Under the pieces are notes generated by a model. That model had not been told where the DNA came from and made no database searches. It saw only the letters and a list, made by a program, of their open reading frames with translations. This document shows positions 1 to 11,029 of a stretch of DNA of 64,000 nucleotides, one piece after another. The stretch covers positions 1,570-65,569 of the forward strand of contig JAEUQP010000041.1 in the NCBI GenBank assembly GCA_016789645.1, given 5' to 3'. A program made the translations under genes and the position numbers. Source of the stretch: Acidobacteriota bacterium (GTDB taxonomy: Bacteria; Acidobacteriota; Blastocatellia; RBC074). How positions within the stretch are numbered: position 1 is the stretch's first letter; each line of letters starts with the position of its first letter.

Positions 1-1464
1 TCGTTGCCGACGATCATTCAAGCGTTCAAGTCCGGCTTGAAGGATTTTACCGGCGGAAGCAGCGGCGCGGAACGCACCGAACGCGACATTCCGATTGGAT
101 ATGCCATGGGCGGAGTCGTGTTATTGCTGATCGCCATCACCGTCATTCCGCAATACGAAATCAATTGGATTTCATCGTTGCTGATTCTGGTCTTCGGGTT
201 TTTCTTCGTCACCGTCTCGTCGCGTATCTGCGGCCAGATTGGGTCAACTTCCAACCCGATTTCGGGGATGACGATTGCCACGTTGTTGTTCACGTCGCTG
301 ATCTTTTTGTTGATGGGCCGTATGCAACCGCATGACCGCGTTATTGCCTTGACCGTCGGCGCGATTGTTTGTGTTGCCGCCGCCAATGCGGGAAACACTT
401 CGCAAGATTTGAAAACCGGTTTTCTGGTCGGAGCCACGCCCAAACATCAGCAGGTGGCGTTGCTGGTGGGTGCGCTGACTTCGGCGATGGTCATTGGCTG
501 GACGCTGGATTTTCTGAATCGTTCGGCAATCAACATTCTGCCGGTGAATTATCCCGGCTTTACGGTTCCCGCGGACGCGATCAAAGGGACGTATGCCGAA
601 AGTCCCGCTGCTCCCGATGGGAAAACGTATCGCTACGCGCAATTCGCCGTCGAGGTTGAAGCCGATGGCGGCAAAACGCGCATCGCCGCGGGCAAATATC
701 TGGTCGGCGAAGACAACCAGATTCATTATCTGGTCAATCCCGGCGTTGGCGGCATTCGACAAGGTTTGACGGCGACATTGCCGTCAGCAGTGCAAGGCAA
801 GACCTTCGCGGATCAACTCAGTAACGGAGTGGATGCGCGCGGCTTGGACGACAAGCTGTACAAACGCATCAACGTCAAAGAAGGCGGCGTCGAACACACT
901 TTGCTGGTAGACGAAAACGGCGCGCCGAAATTTTCCGTCGAAGAGTTCACCGGCAAACTCGACGCTCCGAAAGCGGCATTGATGGGCGTGTTGGTGGATG
1001 GCGTGTTGACGCAAAAACTGCCGTGGTCGTTGATCCTGATCGGCGCAGTGATTTCGTTGATGCTGGAAATCATCGGTGTCAGTGCGCTGCCGGTCGCAGT
1101 GGGAATTTACTTGCCGATTTCGACTTCGGCGACGATCTTCGCCGGAGGTTTGATTCGTGCGCTGGTGCAGAAACTGAAAGACGGCAACCATAAGGAATCG
1201 CTGGCCGAAGAAGAAACCGGTAAAGGCGTTTTGCTCAGTTCCGGCTTGATCGCGGGCGGAGCCATCGGCGGATTGTTGATCGCTGGTTCGCGCGCGATTT
1301 ACGGTTGGATGAACAACGTGCCGACTTCTATCGCCGAAGAAAAAATCGGCATCGGCGGTCACTGGGCAATCACCAGCGGCCCGTGGTCGAATATCATCGG
1401 CCTGCTGATTTTCGCCGGTCTGGCCTATTTCCTGTTCAACGTGGCGCGTAAACGCAGCGCATAA
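1..1464 (+). CDS. OPT-family oligopeptide transporter, C-terminal portion (5' end outside window)
   Basis: Multi-TM protein with OPT-type motif [24 protein letters not shown]; the ORF runs to the window edge. Confidence 0.7.
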   Translation, partial: SLPTIIQAFKSGLKDFTGGSSGAERTERDIPIGYAMGGVVLLLIAITVIPQYEINWISSLLILVFGFFFVTVSSRICGQIGSTSNPISGMTIATLLFTSLIFLLMGRMQPHDRVIALTVGAIVCVAAANAGNTSQDLKTGFLVGATPKHQQVALLVGALTSAMVIGWTLDFLNRSAINILPVNYPGFTVPADAIKGTYAESPAAPDGKTYRYAQFAVEVEADGGKTRIAAGKYLVGEDNQIHYLVNPGVGGIRQGLTATLPSAVQGKTFADQLSNGVDARGLDDKLYKRINVKEGGVEHTLLVDENGAPKFSVEEFTGKLDAPKAALMGVLVDGVLTQKLPWSLILIGAVISLMLEIIGVSALPVAVGIYLPISTSATIFAGGLIRALVQKLKDGNHKESLAEEETGKGVLLSSGLIAGGAIGGLLIAGSRAIYGWMNNVPTSIAEEKIGIGGHWAITSGPWSNIIGLLIFAGLAYFLFNVARKRSA

Positions 1465-1582
1465 TCTGAGTCGCGCAGGTTTTCGAACCTGCGCTTGCTT
1501 GCACAGGAAGTCCTTATTCAACCAGCAGGCATTGCTGGCAACACCTTGAGCAGGTTGAAAAACCTGCTCAACTTTTTTCTTT

Positions 1583-2767
1583 ATGAACTTACCACTAGCT
1601 GGAATCAGAGTGTTGGATTTTGGCCGCTACATCGCCGGGCCGTATTGCGCGATGCTGCTGGCCGATATGGGCGCAGAAGTCATTCGCATCGAACGTCGTG
1701 AAGGCGGGGAAGACCGCAACGTTTCGCCTATCACGGAAACTGGCGAAGGCCCAATGTTCATCGGCTTCAACCGCAACAAAAAGGGAATCACGCTCGATCC
1801 GGCGCATCCGGATTCGCGTGAAATCAAACGGCGTTTGATTGCCTCGGCGGATGTCGTCATCGCCAACTTGCCGCTGGATGTGTTGGCAAAACTCGAACTC
1901 GATTACGATTCGCTGAAAGCCATCAAGCCGGACGTGATTTTCGGGCGCGTTTCGACTTACGGCCACGAAGGCCCGTATGCCAATCGCGTCGGTTTCGACC
2001 CCGTAATTCAGGCGATGTCTGGCGCGATGACCCTGACCGGAACGCCCGGCGTGCCGATTCGCAGCGTCGTTCCGTTCGAAGATTTCGGCACGGCCTTGCA
2101 CACAGCTTTTGGCGTGATGGTCGCGCTGTTCAACCGGCAGAAAACCGGGCAAGGTCAGATTGTGGATGGTTCGTTGCTGGCGACCGGAATGATGTTCATG
2201 CAGTCGCTGCTGGCCGAACGATACGTGCTGGACATCATTCGCCAGCAACAGGGAAATACGGGGTACACGGCTGCGCCGTCAGATTGTTACAAAACCAAAG
2301 ACGGTTGGGTGATGGTCGCCGTCATCGGACAGCCGATGTTCAAACGCTGGGCGCGATTGGTTGGCCGAACCGATTTGATTGACGATCCGCGCTGCATGGA
2401 CGATCTGGCGCGCGGCAACAACTCCGAATTGATCAACGCTGCGATGGACGCTTGGATTTCCAAACTGACGACTGAAGAGGCGATCCAACAACTGGAAGCG
2501 GCGCGCGTGCCGTGCGGTAAAGTGTTTCAGCTTGGTGAAGTGTTTGATGATCCTCAGGTGCAGACGCGCGGGTTGTTCCAATTTCTGGATTATCCCGGCA
2601 GCCCGAAGCTGATTCCCATTCCGAATACCCCCGTGCAATTGTCGGAAACGCCGGGTGGGGTTCGTCATCGAGCACCAATGCTGGGCGAACATACAAACGA
2701 TGTGTTGATGGGGTTAGGATTCGACGAGGTGGAAATCGAACAGTATCGGCAACGCGGAATCATTTGA
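1583..2767 (+). CDS. CoA-transferase family III (CaiB/BaiF-like)
   Basis: N-terminal [31 protein letters not shown] signature; conserved fold length of 394 aa. Confidence 0.8.
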   Translation: MNLPLAGIRVLDFGRYIAGPYCAMLLADMGAEVIRIERREGGEDRNVSPITETGEGPMFIGFNRNKKGITLDPAHPDSREIKRRLIASADVVIANLPLDVLAKLELDYDSLKAIKPDVIFGRVSTYGHEGPYANRVGFDPVIQAMSGAMTLTGTPGVPIRSVVPFEDFGTALHTAFGVMVALFNRQKTGQGQIVDGSLLATGMMFMQSLLAERYVLDIIRQQQGNTGYTAAPSDCYKTKDGWVMVAVIGQPMFKRWARLVGRTDLIDDPRCMDDLARGNNSELINAAMDAWISKLTTEEAIQQLEAARVPCGKVFQLGEVFDDPQVQTRGLFQFLDYPGSPKLIPIPNTPVQLSETPGGVRHRAPMLGEHTNDVLMGLGFDEVEIEQYRQRGII

Positions 2768-4754
2768 GCAGTGCCAGATAACGCGGTTCTTGGCGAACGG
2801 TGTCAAAAAACTGATCTACTTGCATCAAGCCCAGCGAATATCTGCCGCGATTGGTTTCCAGCAAATGAAATGCCTTGTTCTGATCGCCGAGCACAATGTA
2901 CAGCGCCGCCAGATAATAAGGATGGCTTTCGCCGTTGCGCTCTTTTTCCAGCAATTGTTGCAAGACCTTTAACGCTTCCTGACGACGACCGGCCAACGCA
3001 TACGCCCGCCCAAGCGAAGCCAGCGCGAGAAATCCGCCGTTCGAAGCTTGCAATGCCAATTGATGTTCCGTAATCGCGTCGTTGTATCGGCCAAGCTGTT
3101 CGTATGCCAATCCCAATCCCCAATGAGCGCGGATATTGTCCGGGTCTAGTTCCAGCGTCTTTTTGAATTGGTCAATGGCTTCCTGAGGCCGTCGCAAACG
3201 ACACAGTAACATCCCATACGTGGCATTGGCGGGAACGGAAATCGGATCAAGTTGGCGCGCCTTGACTGCGTACTGCAACGCATCTCCCAACCGAGCCGCC
3301 CCCACCAAATCCAGGGCATAAAACACATACACGGCGGGGTAATTCGGATTGAGTTGGATGGCTCTGTCGAAGGCTCGATGCGCTTCGGCGCGGTTTGCGT
3401 TGAAACTGGCTGCGGTAGCGGCTCCCAGCGAAGCATATGCTTCCGCCAGCATTGGATCGAGTTCCAGCGCTTTGCGCGCGGCGGCTTTCGCGTCTTCCCA
3501 AAATTGCGGGGTTCGCTGACCGCCCAACATCACCTGAGGCGTGCCCAGCACCACATACGAATCAGAGATTCCGACATAAGCCAGCGCAAAATTCGGATCG
3601 AGCGCGATTGCTTGACGAAACAATTCGACTGCCTTGTTCGCTCCTTCCGGCGTTCGCTTGTTGAGGAAGTATCGCCCTTTCAAGTAAAGCTCGAAGGCCT
3701 GAGTGTTGTCGGTGTATTTTTTGTTGAGCAGTTGTCGTTCAGGTTCGGTCAGTTTCAATGTCAGCGCGCGCGCCACCTTTTCCGAAATGATGTTTTGGAC
3801 AGTCAGAATGTTGGTGAATTGTTCGTCGAAACTGTCTCCCCAAATCGCTTCGCCATTGGAAGCTCGCAAAAACTGAACGGTAATGCGAATACGGTCGCCG
3901 ACGCGTTGGACTCTGCCGTCGAGCAGAGCATCCACTTCCAATTCCTTCGCCGCCTTCATCAAATCCTGGTCTGGCTTGGAATAATTGATGATGGCGCTGG
4001 TCGGGCGAACGACGATTTTGCCCGTGTTGCTCAATCGGGTGATCAGCGCGTCAGCCAATCCCAGTCCCAGAGATTCATCTCCCGCAGTAGCAGCCGCCAA
4101 CGGCTTGAAGGGGAGCACCGCCAGAGAACGGATTTCCTCGTTGCCGATTGGCAGCAGATTCTGTCGCCACAATGCGGCCCCCACAAAGATGAGCAAGAGC
4201 ATCACCCCGGCAAGAATCCCATAGAGTTTCCGCAACTGCCGATGTGGCTTGATTGAATCGTCCCGGACGTTGGTCAGGTGTGTAAATCCGTTGGTGAGCG
4301 AGTGGATGACAGGGGGGAGAATTGGGGCAGTCGTTTGCGTTTGGAGCAGTGCGAACTCATCGGCTGGAATCAAAAACGATGTCTCGCGGGAGTTTTCAGG
4401 CGGCGACGAGAGAGCTTCTTCCACTCTGGCGACAAATCTGTATCCGCGTCGCGGAATCGTTTCGATGAATTTGACACCGTCTTTTCCGTCGCCAAGCACT
4501 TTTCGCAACACGGACATGGAAACCGTCAGGTTATTTTCTTCGACGATGGTGTCCGGCCAGAGCAGATTCATCAATTCTTCTTTTTCAACCACCGTCCCGG
4601 AACGTTCGACCAGAATCCGCAACAGGTCAAACACCTTTGGCGGGATCGGAACGGTTTCCATCCCCCGCAAAAGCAACTTATTGCTGGCATCCAGTCGAAA
4701 ATCTTCAAACCGATATATTTGCTTGACTGCAATGGACATAACTCGCCTTAGCAA
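2760..4754 (-). CDS. Transcriptional regulator: OmpR/CadC-type winged helix + TM segment + TPR repeats
   Basis: N-terminal wHTH (YRFEDFRLD...LLLRG...[22 protein letters not shown]), a hydrophobic TM stretch ([19 protein letters not shown]), and C-terminal TPR-like repeats (AxxxxxxALxLDP). Confidence 0.75.
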   Translation of the reverse strand: MLRRVMSIAVKQIYRFEDFRLDASNKLLLRGMETVPIPPKVFDLLRILVERSGTVVEKEELMNLLWPDTIVEENNLTVSMSVLRKVLGDGKDGVKFIETIPRRGYRFVARVEEALSSPPENSRETSFLIPADEFALLQTQTTAPILPPVIHSLTNGFTHLTNVRDDSIKPHRQLRKLYGILAGVMLLLIFVGAALWRQNLLPIGNEEIRSLAVLPFKPLAAATAGDESLGLGLADALITRLSNTGKIVVRPTSAIINYSKPDQDLMKAAKELEVDALLDGRVQRVGDRIRITVQFLRASNGEAIWGDSFDEQFTNILTVQNIISEKVARALTLKLTEPERQLLNKKYTDNTQAFELYLKGRYFLNKRTPEGANKAVELFRQAIALDPNFALAYVGISDSYVVLGTPQVMLGGQRTPQFWEDAKAAARKALELDPMLAEAYASLGAATAASFNANRAEAHRAFDRAIQLNPNYPAVYVFYALDLVGAARLGDALQYAVKARQLDPISVPANATYGMLLCRLRRPQEAIDQFKKTLELDPDNIRAHWGLGLAYEQLGRYNDAITEHQLALQASNGGFLALASLGRAYALAGRRQEALKVLQQLLEKERNGESHPYYLAALYIVLGDQNKAFHLLETNRGRYSLGLMQVDQFFDTVRQEPRYLALLK

Positions 4755-5422
4755 CTCCCTAGCAATAAATTAAAGCGAAATTTTCCGCGTCTTTAAGGAT
4801 TTGGCGGGGCAAAATCCGCAAACTGTGTTCGGTACTGAGTGAGGTCTAAAACCTTACTTGCCGGCGGGGAAACTTCTTTTCTCGCCGGATTGATTTGAGC
4901 GCGATGCGCAACATTTCTTTTCTGACTTTCAGAGTTCTTCGGGGATGATACGAGCTTGGTAGTTTTCGCCGGATCACAGGTGATGTCCGCAGAGAAACCG
5001 ATTCGGTTTCAAGAAGAATGGTGGCCAATTCAGGCACGGTGTCGGGCGGACCATAACCGTCGAAATCTTAGCCAGAAGAGAAAGGTTTGCGTATCGCGTA
5101 TTTTTAACGCAAAAGCGATCAGGAAAATCCTGCCCAGTGAACATTCCCATCCAAGCCAAACGCTTGATTGCGCTTAATTCCCTCCACTCATAACACGTTC
5201 GGCGAAGGTTTTGAAGCCATCTTTTTATTCACCGAACTGTTTATTTTGAATTTTTGAGCCGCGCTCGGTGCAATGGCCAGCCGCAAGCCCAGACACACGG
5301 CATCAGGCGCTTGAACATATAGAATGGCTCTTTCTTGTTTTCCAGAAGTGTGACAGGATCGTCATGATCGCGCACAATCTAGCCGCTCATCGCGCCATCG
5401 TCCAAAGCAGGTCGGCTGCGCC

Positions 5423-5764
5423 TCAATTTGGTGAGGCAATTTCCACCACAGATTCCCCATCGTTAAGCAGGTCAAGCGCTTTTGACAAAGTGAAGGCAAG
5501 GATTTGTTTTAACCGTGCGTTTGAAGTGTTGCCACAAGTCAGCCAGATCACCTGTGGCGGCGAACCGTAGCGGCTAATCAGTTCGATGAAATCGCTGTCT
5601 TTGGTCATGACAACGACACCGGCTTGCTTGGCAGCTTCAAAGATTTGCCGGTCGGTGGAATCCCTCAAGCCAAGCTCTTTTAGCGGTTTGGCCTGAACAG
5701 AAAAATTCTCATTGACCCATTTGGCTATGGCTGGGGAAAGTTGTGCGTCAATCCAGATAATCAT
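5423..5764 (-). CDS. DUF5615-family PIN-like putative toxin
   Basis: 113 aa, directly downstream of the DUF433 gene with a 10-nt gap; typical DUF433/DUF5615 pairing. Confidence 0.5.
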   Translation of the reverse strand: MIIWIDAQLSPAIAKWVNENFSVQAKPLKELGLRDSTDRQIFEAAKQAGVVVMTKDSDFIELISRYGSPPQVIWLTCGNTSNARLKQILAFTLSKALDLLNDGESVVEIASPN

Positions 5765-5774
5765 GGCCAGAGCG

Positions 5775-6017
5775 TCAGGCAGCTAAACGAGGGTGATCCA
5801 ATCGAATTGCCGCGTATTGAAGCGCGGCTTGAATATCCTCGGCTTCCAGATCAGGCAATTCCTCAAGCACTTCACTGTTCGACAATCCGGCAGCCAGTAA
5901 ATCCAACACGTCAATGACACGAATTCGCATTCCGCGAATACAGGGACGCCCACCACATTGCTCGGGGTTGATGGTGATTCGATTCAAGAGTTCTGGCACT
6001 TCAATTTCTCCTTTCAC
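5775..6017 (-). CDS. DUF433-family antitoxin-like protein
   Basis: 80 aa with the GGRPCIRGMRIRV motif characteristic of DUF433. Confidence 0.6.
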   Translation of the reverse strand: MKGEIEVPELLNRITINPEQCGGRPCIRGMRIRVIDVLDLLAAGLSNSEVLEELPDLEAEDIQAALQYAAIRLDHPRLAA

Positions 6018-6132
6018 GGCGAATTATAGCCTTGCTGGCTTGAAAGGCTACTCAAGCCCGACTTGCTTTCGCCGCCAGCACTTTTACTTCGCTTTCAAGC
6101 CGTCCTCCAATCTGTCCTTTTCCACCTCCAGA

Positions 6133-6393
6133 TTACTCTGTTGCTCTGTTCGCGCGACTTGCCACTTTGCCAAGCAACTCAGCGCAAACACCAAATAATA
6201 TGCCGATGACAATTCCTCTGCCGATAGTAGACCAATGAAACCCATTTCCTAAAAATACAGAAACGACGGCCACGATCAAGCCACCAATGAATCCGAAGGT
6301 AATTCCACCCCAGACAGAATTAGGCCCTCGCCAATAAATAACCAAAGAGATAGCAGCTATGACCGTCAGAATAATCCACATAGTTTCCTCCAT
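6133..6393 (-). CDS. Small integral membrane protein
   Basis: 86 aa with two to three hydrophobic helices. Confidence 0.4.
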   Translation of the reverse strand: MEETMWIILTVIAAISLVIYWRGPNSVWGGITFGFIGGLIVAVVSVFLGNGFHWSTIGRGIVIGILFGVCAELLGKVASRANRATE

Positions 6394-6418
6394 TGTTTAG
6401 CGTTGCAATTGCTCAGCT

Positions 6419-8329
6419 TCAATTCATTGCCTTCGTCTTCTCTTCGTACCGCAAGATCATTCCGCGGTCGCCGACGGCCCAGCCTTTGTAAGGAGACAGG
6501 AAGAAGATGCTGCGGATGCGGCTGCCTTTGGCAGTGAAGTCGTTTTGCCAGGATTGGCCTCCGTTGTCGGTGCGCATCAGCGAAGTGTCGTAGACGACGG
6601 CTTCGGCGCTGCCTTCACGCGGAGCGAAGGCGGCCATCCAGCCGTTGGTCGGGTCTAGGAATTGGGTGCTGTGCGTGGCTCGGCTGGGAGTGCGGTGCTG
6701 TTCCCAGGTTTTGCCTCCGTCGCGGGTGTGCAGCGCGAAGAAGAAGCGGTTTTCGCCGTCGCGCATTTCGCCGGTGACTGATCCGGTGTTTTCGTCCGTG
6801 AATCGAACCGAATGCAGCAAACCTGGCGTGAAGCGGCCTGAAACGTGCTGAGTTTGGAAAGTCAGAGGCAATCGTTTCCAAGTGTTGCCTCCGTCGGAGG
6901 TGACGAACAATCCGCCGATGTTGCTCTGTGCGCGTCCGTAAAAGTTGCCGATCAGCCAGCCGTGATTCGCGTCAAGAAAGTACACATCCCGAAATCCAAA
7001 ATTGTAATTGGACGATTCGACTGGCAAGCCGATGACGCTCCGGATTTCTTCGACGGGTTTCCAGTCATTGCCGCCGTTTGTGGTTCGCAAGACAGTGGCG
7101 TTACGACCCACTGCCCAGCCATTTTGCAGGTCGGAAAAATGCACGCTCAGCAGATTCGGAATCTTCTGGATCATCCAGGTGCGACCGCCGTTGATCGTGC
7201 TGAGCAACACAGTCTCGCCGTCATCGTCTTTGCCAAGCGAATCGCCGATCATCCAGCCGTGATTCCAGTCCAGGAAATAGACGAAATTGATGTTGGCCGA
7301 AACTCCGCTGAGTAACGGTTTCCAGGTACGTCCGCCATCGGTAGTGCGATACACGGCTCCGGCGTCGCCTGCCGCCCAACCGGTCATCGAATCCACGAAA
7401 TGAACCGCGCGAAGATTTTTGTCGGTTTCAGCAGTGCGGCGAACCATGCGCCAATTGGTTTTGGAAAGACTGGCTTCAGTCAACGCTTCCGCCAAGATCG
7501 GAGAGGCAATTTTCGGTTCGGCGTCCGCGGAAGACGTCACCGACTCTTCCGGCTCGGCAACTTTTTCTTCCAATTTCAAATCCTGTTTTGGGCTTGGTTT
7601 CGATTCGACGGCAGTTTCTGCTTCGGTTTTCTCTTTGTCGGCCTCCATAGGTTCTTTCGCCCGAGCAGGTTTCGGCTCAGGCGTAACAGTGGCAACCGAT
7701 TCCGTCTTAGGTTCAATTGGCTTGGGTTCAGCCGGTTTTTCTGCGGAATTGGTGGTAACCGCGTTGGATTCGACGGGCTTGGCCTGCTCAACCGATTTGG
7801 TTTCAACCGCTTTAGGTTCTTCCGCGGGTTTTGCCGCAATCCGGGTTTCTTCAGCAGAACTCGTTTCTGTTTTGACAGGTTCGGTAACGGCGGTTGGCTT
7901 CGTTTCCGGTTTGGCGACCGATTGGGTTGGGGCTGGTTTTGCTTCGCGGCGCGCAGTCAGCGGAGCCATTGCCGGTTCGTACGGCATGACGACGAATTCC
8001 TGAATTGCGCCTTTAGCGACCAGTTCGCCCGCAGCAGTTTTGGCAATCGGCATCGAAGCGAATTTGCCGATGCGTACGCGATAGCGTATGCCTTTGCCGG
8101 GAACTTCGGATTTGACCAGATAAGCGTCAACGCCTTTGGTTTTCAAGTCGGCGATGGTGGTTTGAGCTTCGGATTCGCTTTCGGCGGACGCGATTTGGAT
8201 GGAGAAGCTGCGGCTTTGCGCCTGGACGATATTTGAGCCGTAAAAAAGATTGGGTGAAACAAAAACTGTCATGGCCATGAAGAAGACCAACATCAACGCG
8301 CTCAGGAGAGAAAATTTCAAGAGTTTCAT
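6419..8329 (-). CDS. SPOR-domain protein fused to a BNR-repeat beta-propeller (Ycf48/sialidase-like)
   Basis: Signal/TM at the N-terminus, SPOR-like segment (KGVDAYLVKSEVPGKGIRYRVRIGKF), a long PEKT-rich low-complexity linker, and six BNR motifs (TTDGGRTW, INGGRTW, TNGGNDW, SDGGNTW, RDGGKTW, DNGGQSW). Confidence 0.65.
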   Translation of the reverse strand: MKLLKFSLLSALMLVFFMAMTVFVSPNLFYGSNIVQAQSRSFSIQIASAESESEAQTTIADLKTKGVDAYLVKSEVPGKGIRYRVRIGKFASMPIAKTAAGELVAKGAIQEFVVMPYEPAMAPLTARREAKPAPTQSVAKPETKPTAVTEPVKTETSSAEETRIAAKPAEEPKAVETKSVEQAKPVESNAVTTNSAEKPAEPKPIEPKTESVATVTPEPKPARAKEPMEADKEKTEAETAVESKPSPKQDLKLEEKVAEPEESVTSSADAEPKIASPILAEALTEASLSKTNWRMVRRTAETDKNLRAVHFVDSMTGWAAGDAGAVYRTTDGGRTWKPLLSGVSANINFVYFLDWNHGWMIGDSLGKDDDGETVLLSTINGGRTWMIQKIPNLLSVHFSDLQNGWAVGRNATVLRTTNGGNDWKPVEEIRSVIGLPVESSNYNFGFRDVYFLDANHGWLIGNFYGRAQSNIGGLFVTSDGGNTWKRLPLTFQTQHVSGRFTPGLLHSVRFTDENTGSVTGEMRDGENRFFFALHTRDGGKTWEQHRTPSRATHSTQFLDPTNGWMAAFAPREGSAEAVVYDTSLMRTDNGGQSWQNDFTAKGSRIRSIFFLSPYKGWAVGDRGMILRYEEKTKAMN

Positions 8330-8572
8330 AACGATCTGGACTGGTTGGGAAAGCGGGGCGGTTGGAATGCGGGGTTAATGACAGATGCGTGCGCATCATA
8401 GCACCGGGTTAATAATTTGTCCCGTTTTTTGTCGAAATCTTTGCTGGCCAACTTCGCCAGCCATCGGTACAATGGCTGCGATGCGGAACTCGTCCGAGAG
8501 ATTTACGCTGAGAATCAGTTATCATTTGAATTTATCTTTGTAATCTTTGCATTTCTACTTTTTGAGGACTCG

Positions 8573-8944
8573 ATGAATCAAACCCTTATGCGTTCATCCG
8601 TTTCTTGTAGTGTGAGCGGTTTGCTGCTGATTGTGTTGCTATTTGCGGGATGTAATTCTCCGGCGTCACATACTTCACATACCGATCATTCGACGTCGAA
8701 TCAGGCAGGGACTAAACCGACGCCCCGAATCCCGGCCTTTTTTGATAGCCTGGACCGAGCCAGACCGTTGCCTGCGGTGCTTGATCCGAAACAGTTTTCT
8801 GATGCAGTTGTTGCAAAAGCCTACAGTTATGCACAACAGAATCCGGAAATTTTCGCGCAACAGCCTTGTTACTGTTACTGCGACGCCGGTGAAGGGCATA
8901 AAAGTCTGCTGGATTGTTATGCCACGACTCACAGTGTTGGCTGA
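8573..8944 (+). CDS. Lipoprotein with a PCYCGC-type cysteine motif
   Basis: Lipobox LLFAGC after the signal peptide; C-terminal PCYCYCDAGEGHKSLLDCY; GAGGA ribosome-binding site before the ATG at 8573. Confidence 0.5.
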   Translation: MNQTLMRSSVSCSVSGLLLIVLLFAGCNSPASHTSHTDHSTSNQAGTKPTPRIPAFFDSLDRARPLPAVLDPKQFSDAVVAKAYSYAQQNPEIFAQQPCYCYCDAGEGHKSLLDCYATTHSVG

Positions 8945-9126
8945 CAGCTTTGTCTCAAGGAGGGTCTCCTTGTTCATAAGCTGATAGGCGAAGGCAAAAA
9001 CGCGATTGAAATTCGTGACCTGATCATTCAAGGTGACTGGAAAGATGTGAAGCTTCAGTAGGTCATCAACTCAGTCGTCGTTGCGGCCCCGATTAACCAA
9101 TTCAATTCATAAACGAAGTTGAAGCT

Positions 9127-9867
9127 ATGCGTACTGTTTTTTTCGTGGGATTGCTTCTGCTTGTCTGCCATGGGGCATCGGCTCAAACCATTACGGTCAG
9201 CAATTTTCTGAATCCTGACGCGCCGATTTCGCGAGAATCGTTTGCCGCCATTGACGGCCAAAACTTTACAGATACCCAATTAGTGGAACCATTTTTCCCG
9301 CCGACTTCGCTGGGCGGTGTGACGGTGACTGTAGATGGCGTTCCACAGCGAATTCGTTCGGTTTCACCGACGCGAGTCGTGATTATTGTGGACGCTCCAG
9401 GACCTTCGCAGCGGTCGTTGGAGCTAAAAACCAAAACCAACGTCATCCACCGCACGGCTTTGAGGTTGGCGACGTATTGGCCAAGCGTATTTGTGCAAAG
9501 CAGCGGCGAAGACAGCGAGGCGTTTTATCCCTCCGGATTGTGGACGATAGATGGCCTGACATTTCTTCCCTTGACCAGTGCCGCCATTCCCGTTGGCACT
9601 GCAACTCGCCCGACGCTGGTGGTACTTCAAGGCTCTGGATGGAGGTTGAATGCCTCTTTTGTGCAAGTTCGATTGAATGGAACTCCATGTGTCGTTGTGG
9701 CGGCACGTCCGTCGGCTTTATTCGCCGGGCAGGATGAATTGGTGTTTCAGGTTCCGCATTATCTGGCTGGGCGTGGAGTGTTGGATTTGACGGTTTCACT
9801 GGCCGGGCGCGATTCCAATTTTGCGCGAATCAATTTAGGAGACTCTGCAAGTTTCGCGGCCAGGTAA
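9127..9867 (+). CDS. Secreted protein, TIGR03437-like (Solibacter-type C-terminal domain)
   Basis: Signal peptide; VTVDGVPQRIRSVSPTRVVIIVDAPG...ELVFQVP pattern; paralog of the prophage gene at 49142-50218. Confidence 0.5.
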   Translation: MRTVFFVGLLLLVCHGASAQTITVSNFLNPDAPISRESFAAIDGQNFTDTQLVEPFFPPTSLGGVTVTVDGVPQRIRSVSPTRVVIIVDAPGPSQRSLELKTKTNVIHRTALRLATYWPSVFVQSSGEDSEAFYPSGLWTIDGLTFLPLTSAAIPVGTATRPTLVVLQGSGWRLNASFVQVRLNGTPCVVVAARPSALFAGQDELVFQVPHYLAGRGVLDLTVSLAGRDSNFARINLGDSASFAAR

Positions 9868-9993
9868 TTCCAACAAAAGTCAGGACGCCGAATTTGCCGA
9901 TTGCTCAACCGCCACGTATAATTCGCACCAGCCGTAAGTAAACCTTTGGTAAAGATTCAATGCTTTACCTGAAAACAGACAAACTGGAAAAGA

Positions 9994-10395
9994 ATGACCA
10001 AGGACTCACTCGGAATTGTTAAGCGCCCTCAAGTGGGCGGAGATGTCGAAACCCGTTGCGGAAAATGCAAAGAAAACCGCGCACACGTCATTGTCGCTCT
10101 GAAAGACGATGGAGAAATTGCGCGCGTGCAATGTGGGTTTTGCGGAAGTAACCACATTTACCGACCGGGCAAAACAACAACCAAAACCTCTTCAACCCGT
10201 ACGACGAGTCGCAGCAAAAAAGAATCGTCCGAACCGTCCGGTCCGCCGCGTCCTTATTCGATGCAGGATCGGTTCGCCGCCGGGGATCAAATCGAACATC
10301 CGAAATTTGGCAAAGGAACTGTGGTCGAAGTCCGTTCCGGCAAAATTGATGTGAAGTTCGGCAGGGAACTGAAGACGTTGATTCACGCCGCATAA
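9994..10395 (+). CDS. Zinc-ribbon hypothetical protein
   Basis: Two CxxC pairs (CGKCKE..CGFCG), a Ser/Thr/Lys-rich linker, and a conserved C-terminal GDxVEHPKFGKGTV segment. Confidence 0.4.
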   Translation: MTKDSLGIVKRPQVGGDVETRCGKCKENRAHVIVALKDDGEIARVQCGFCGSNHIYRPGKTTTKTSSTRTTSRSKKESSEPSGPPRPYSMQDRFAAGDQIEHPKFGKGTVVEVRSGKIDVKFGRELKTLIHAA

Positions 10396-10411
10396 CCTCG
10401 GCGTGAATCAT

Positions 10412-11020
10412 TTATGACGGAAAACTCTTCAGCCATTCGGCCAGGAATTGGCGAGCCTGAAACAGGGCTATGCCGCGATGGCTGCGCGGGGCTTTTTCTT
10501 CGCGCGTCAATTCGGCGAAGGTTCGCCCAAGCTCTGCATCAATAAAGATCGGATCATACCCAAAGCCGTGATCGCCACGTGGTTCGTGAGCAATCAATCC
10601 TTCGCAACGGCCTTCAAACATCTGATTCAATCCGTCGCCCAACAACGCAATGTTGCACACAAAACGTGCCGTGCGCTGATGGTCGGGAACGTCTTTCATT
10701 TCGCCAAGCAACAAGTGAATCTGTTCGGCGCTCGACAATTGATCGCCGCCATACCGTGCGGAATACACGCCCGGCCTTCCGTCCAGTGCATCCACCTCCA
10801 ACCCGGAATCATCTGCCAGCGCAGGCAATCCCGTCAGCCGATGATAATGCTCCGCTTTGAGCAGGGCATTTTCGGCAAAGGTCAGTCCGGTTTCTTCGAC
10901 AATGGCAGGAGTTTCCGGCAAGTCGGCAAATCCGATGACGCGACAATTCAAGCCTTCCAACATTGCGGCAAGTTCAGCCACTTTGCCGGGGTTTGAGGTA
11001 GCGATCAGCAAAGTTGTCAT
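10412..11020 (-). CDS. rdgB: Non-canonical purine NTP pyrophosphatase (RdgB/HAM1)
   Basis: Full-length Ham1 motifs: LIATSNPGK, DDSGLEVDAL, GFGYDPIF. Confidence 0.85.
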   Translation of the reverse strand: MTTLLIATSNPGKVAELAAMLEGLNCRVIGFADLPETPAIVEETGLTFAENALLKAEHYHRLTGLPALADDSGLEVDALDGRPGVYSARYGGDQLSSAEQIHLLLGEMKDVPDHQRTARFVCNIALLGDGLNQMFEGRCEGLIAHEPRGDHGFGYDPIFIDAELGRTFAELTREEKAPRSHRGIALFQARQFLAEWLKSFPS

Positions 11021-11029
11021 AAGGGAAAA

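Noticed and set aside
784-1521. 245-aa minus-strand ORF
   Set aside because: Antisense to the OPT transporter gene.
3252-4256. 334-aa plus-strand ORF
   Set aside because: Antisense to the wHTH+TPR regulator gene; composition looks non-coding.
7400-8236. 278-aa and 194-aa plus-strand ORFs
   Set aside because: Antisense to the low-complexity linker of the SPOR-BNR gene; Phe/Arg/Gly-rich, an artefact of the repetitive sequence.
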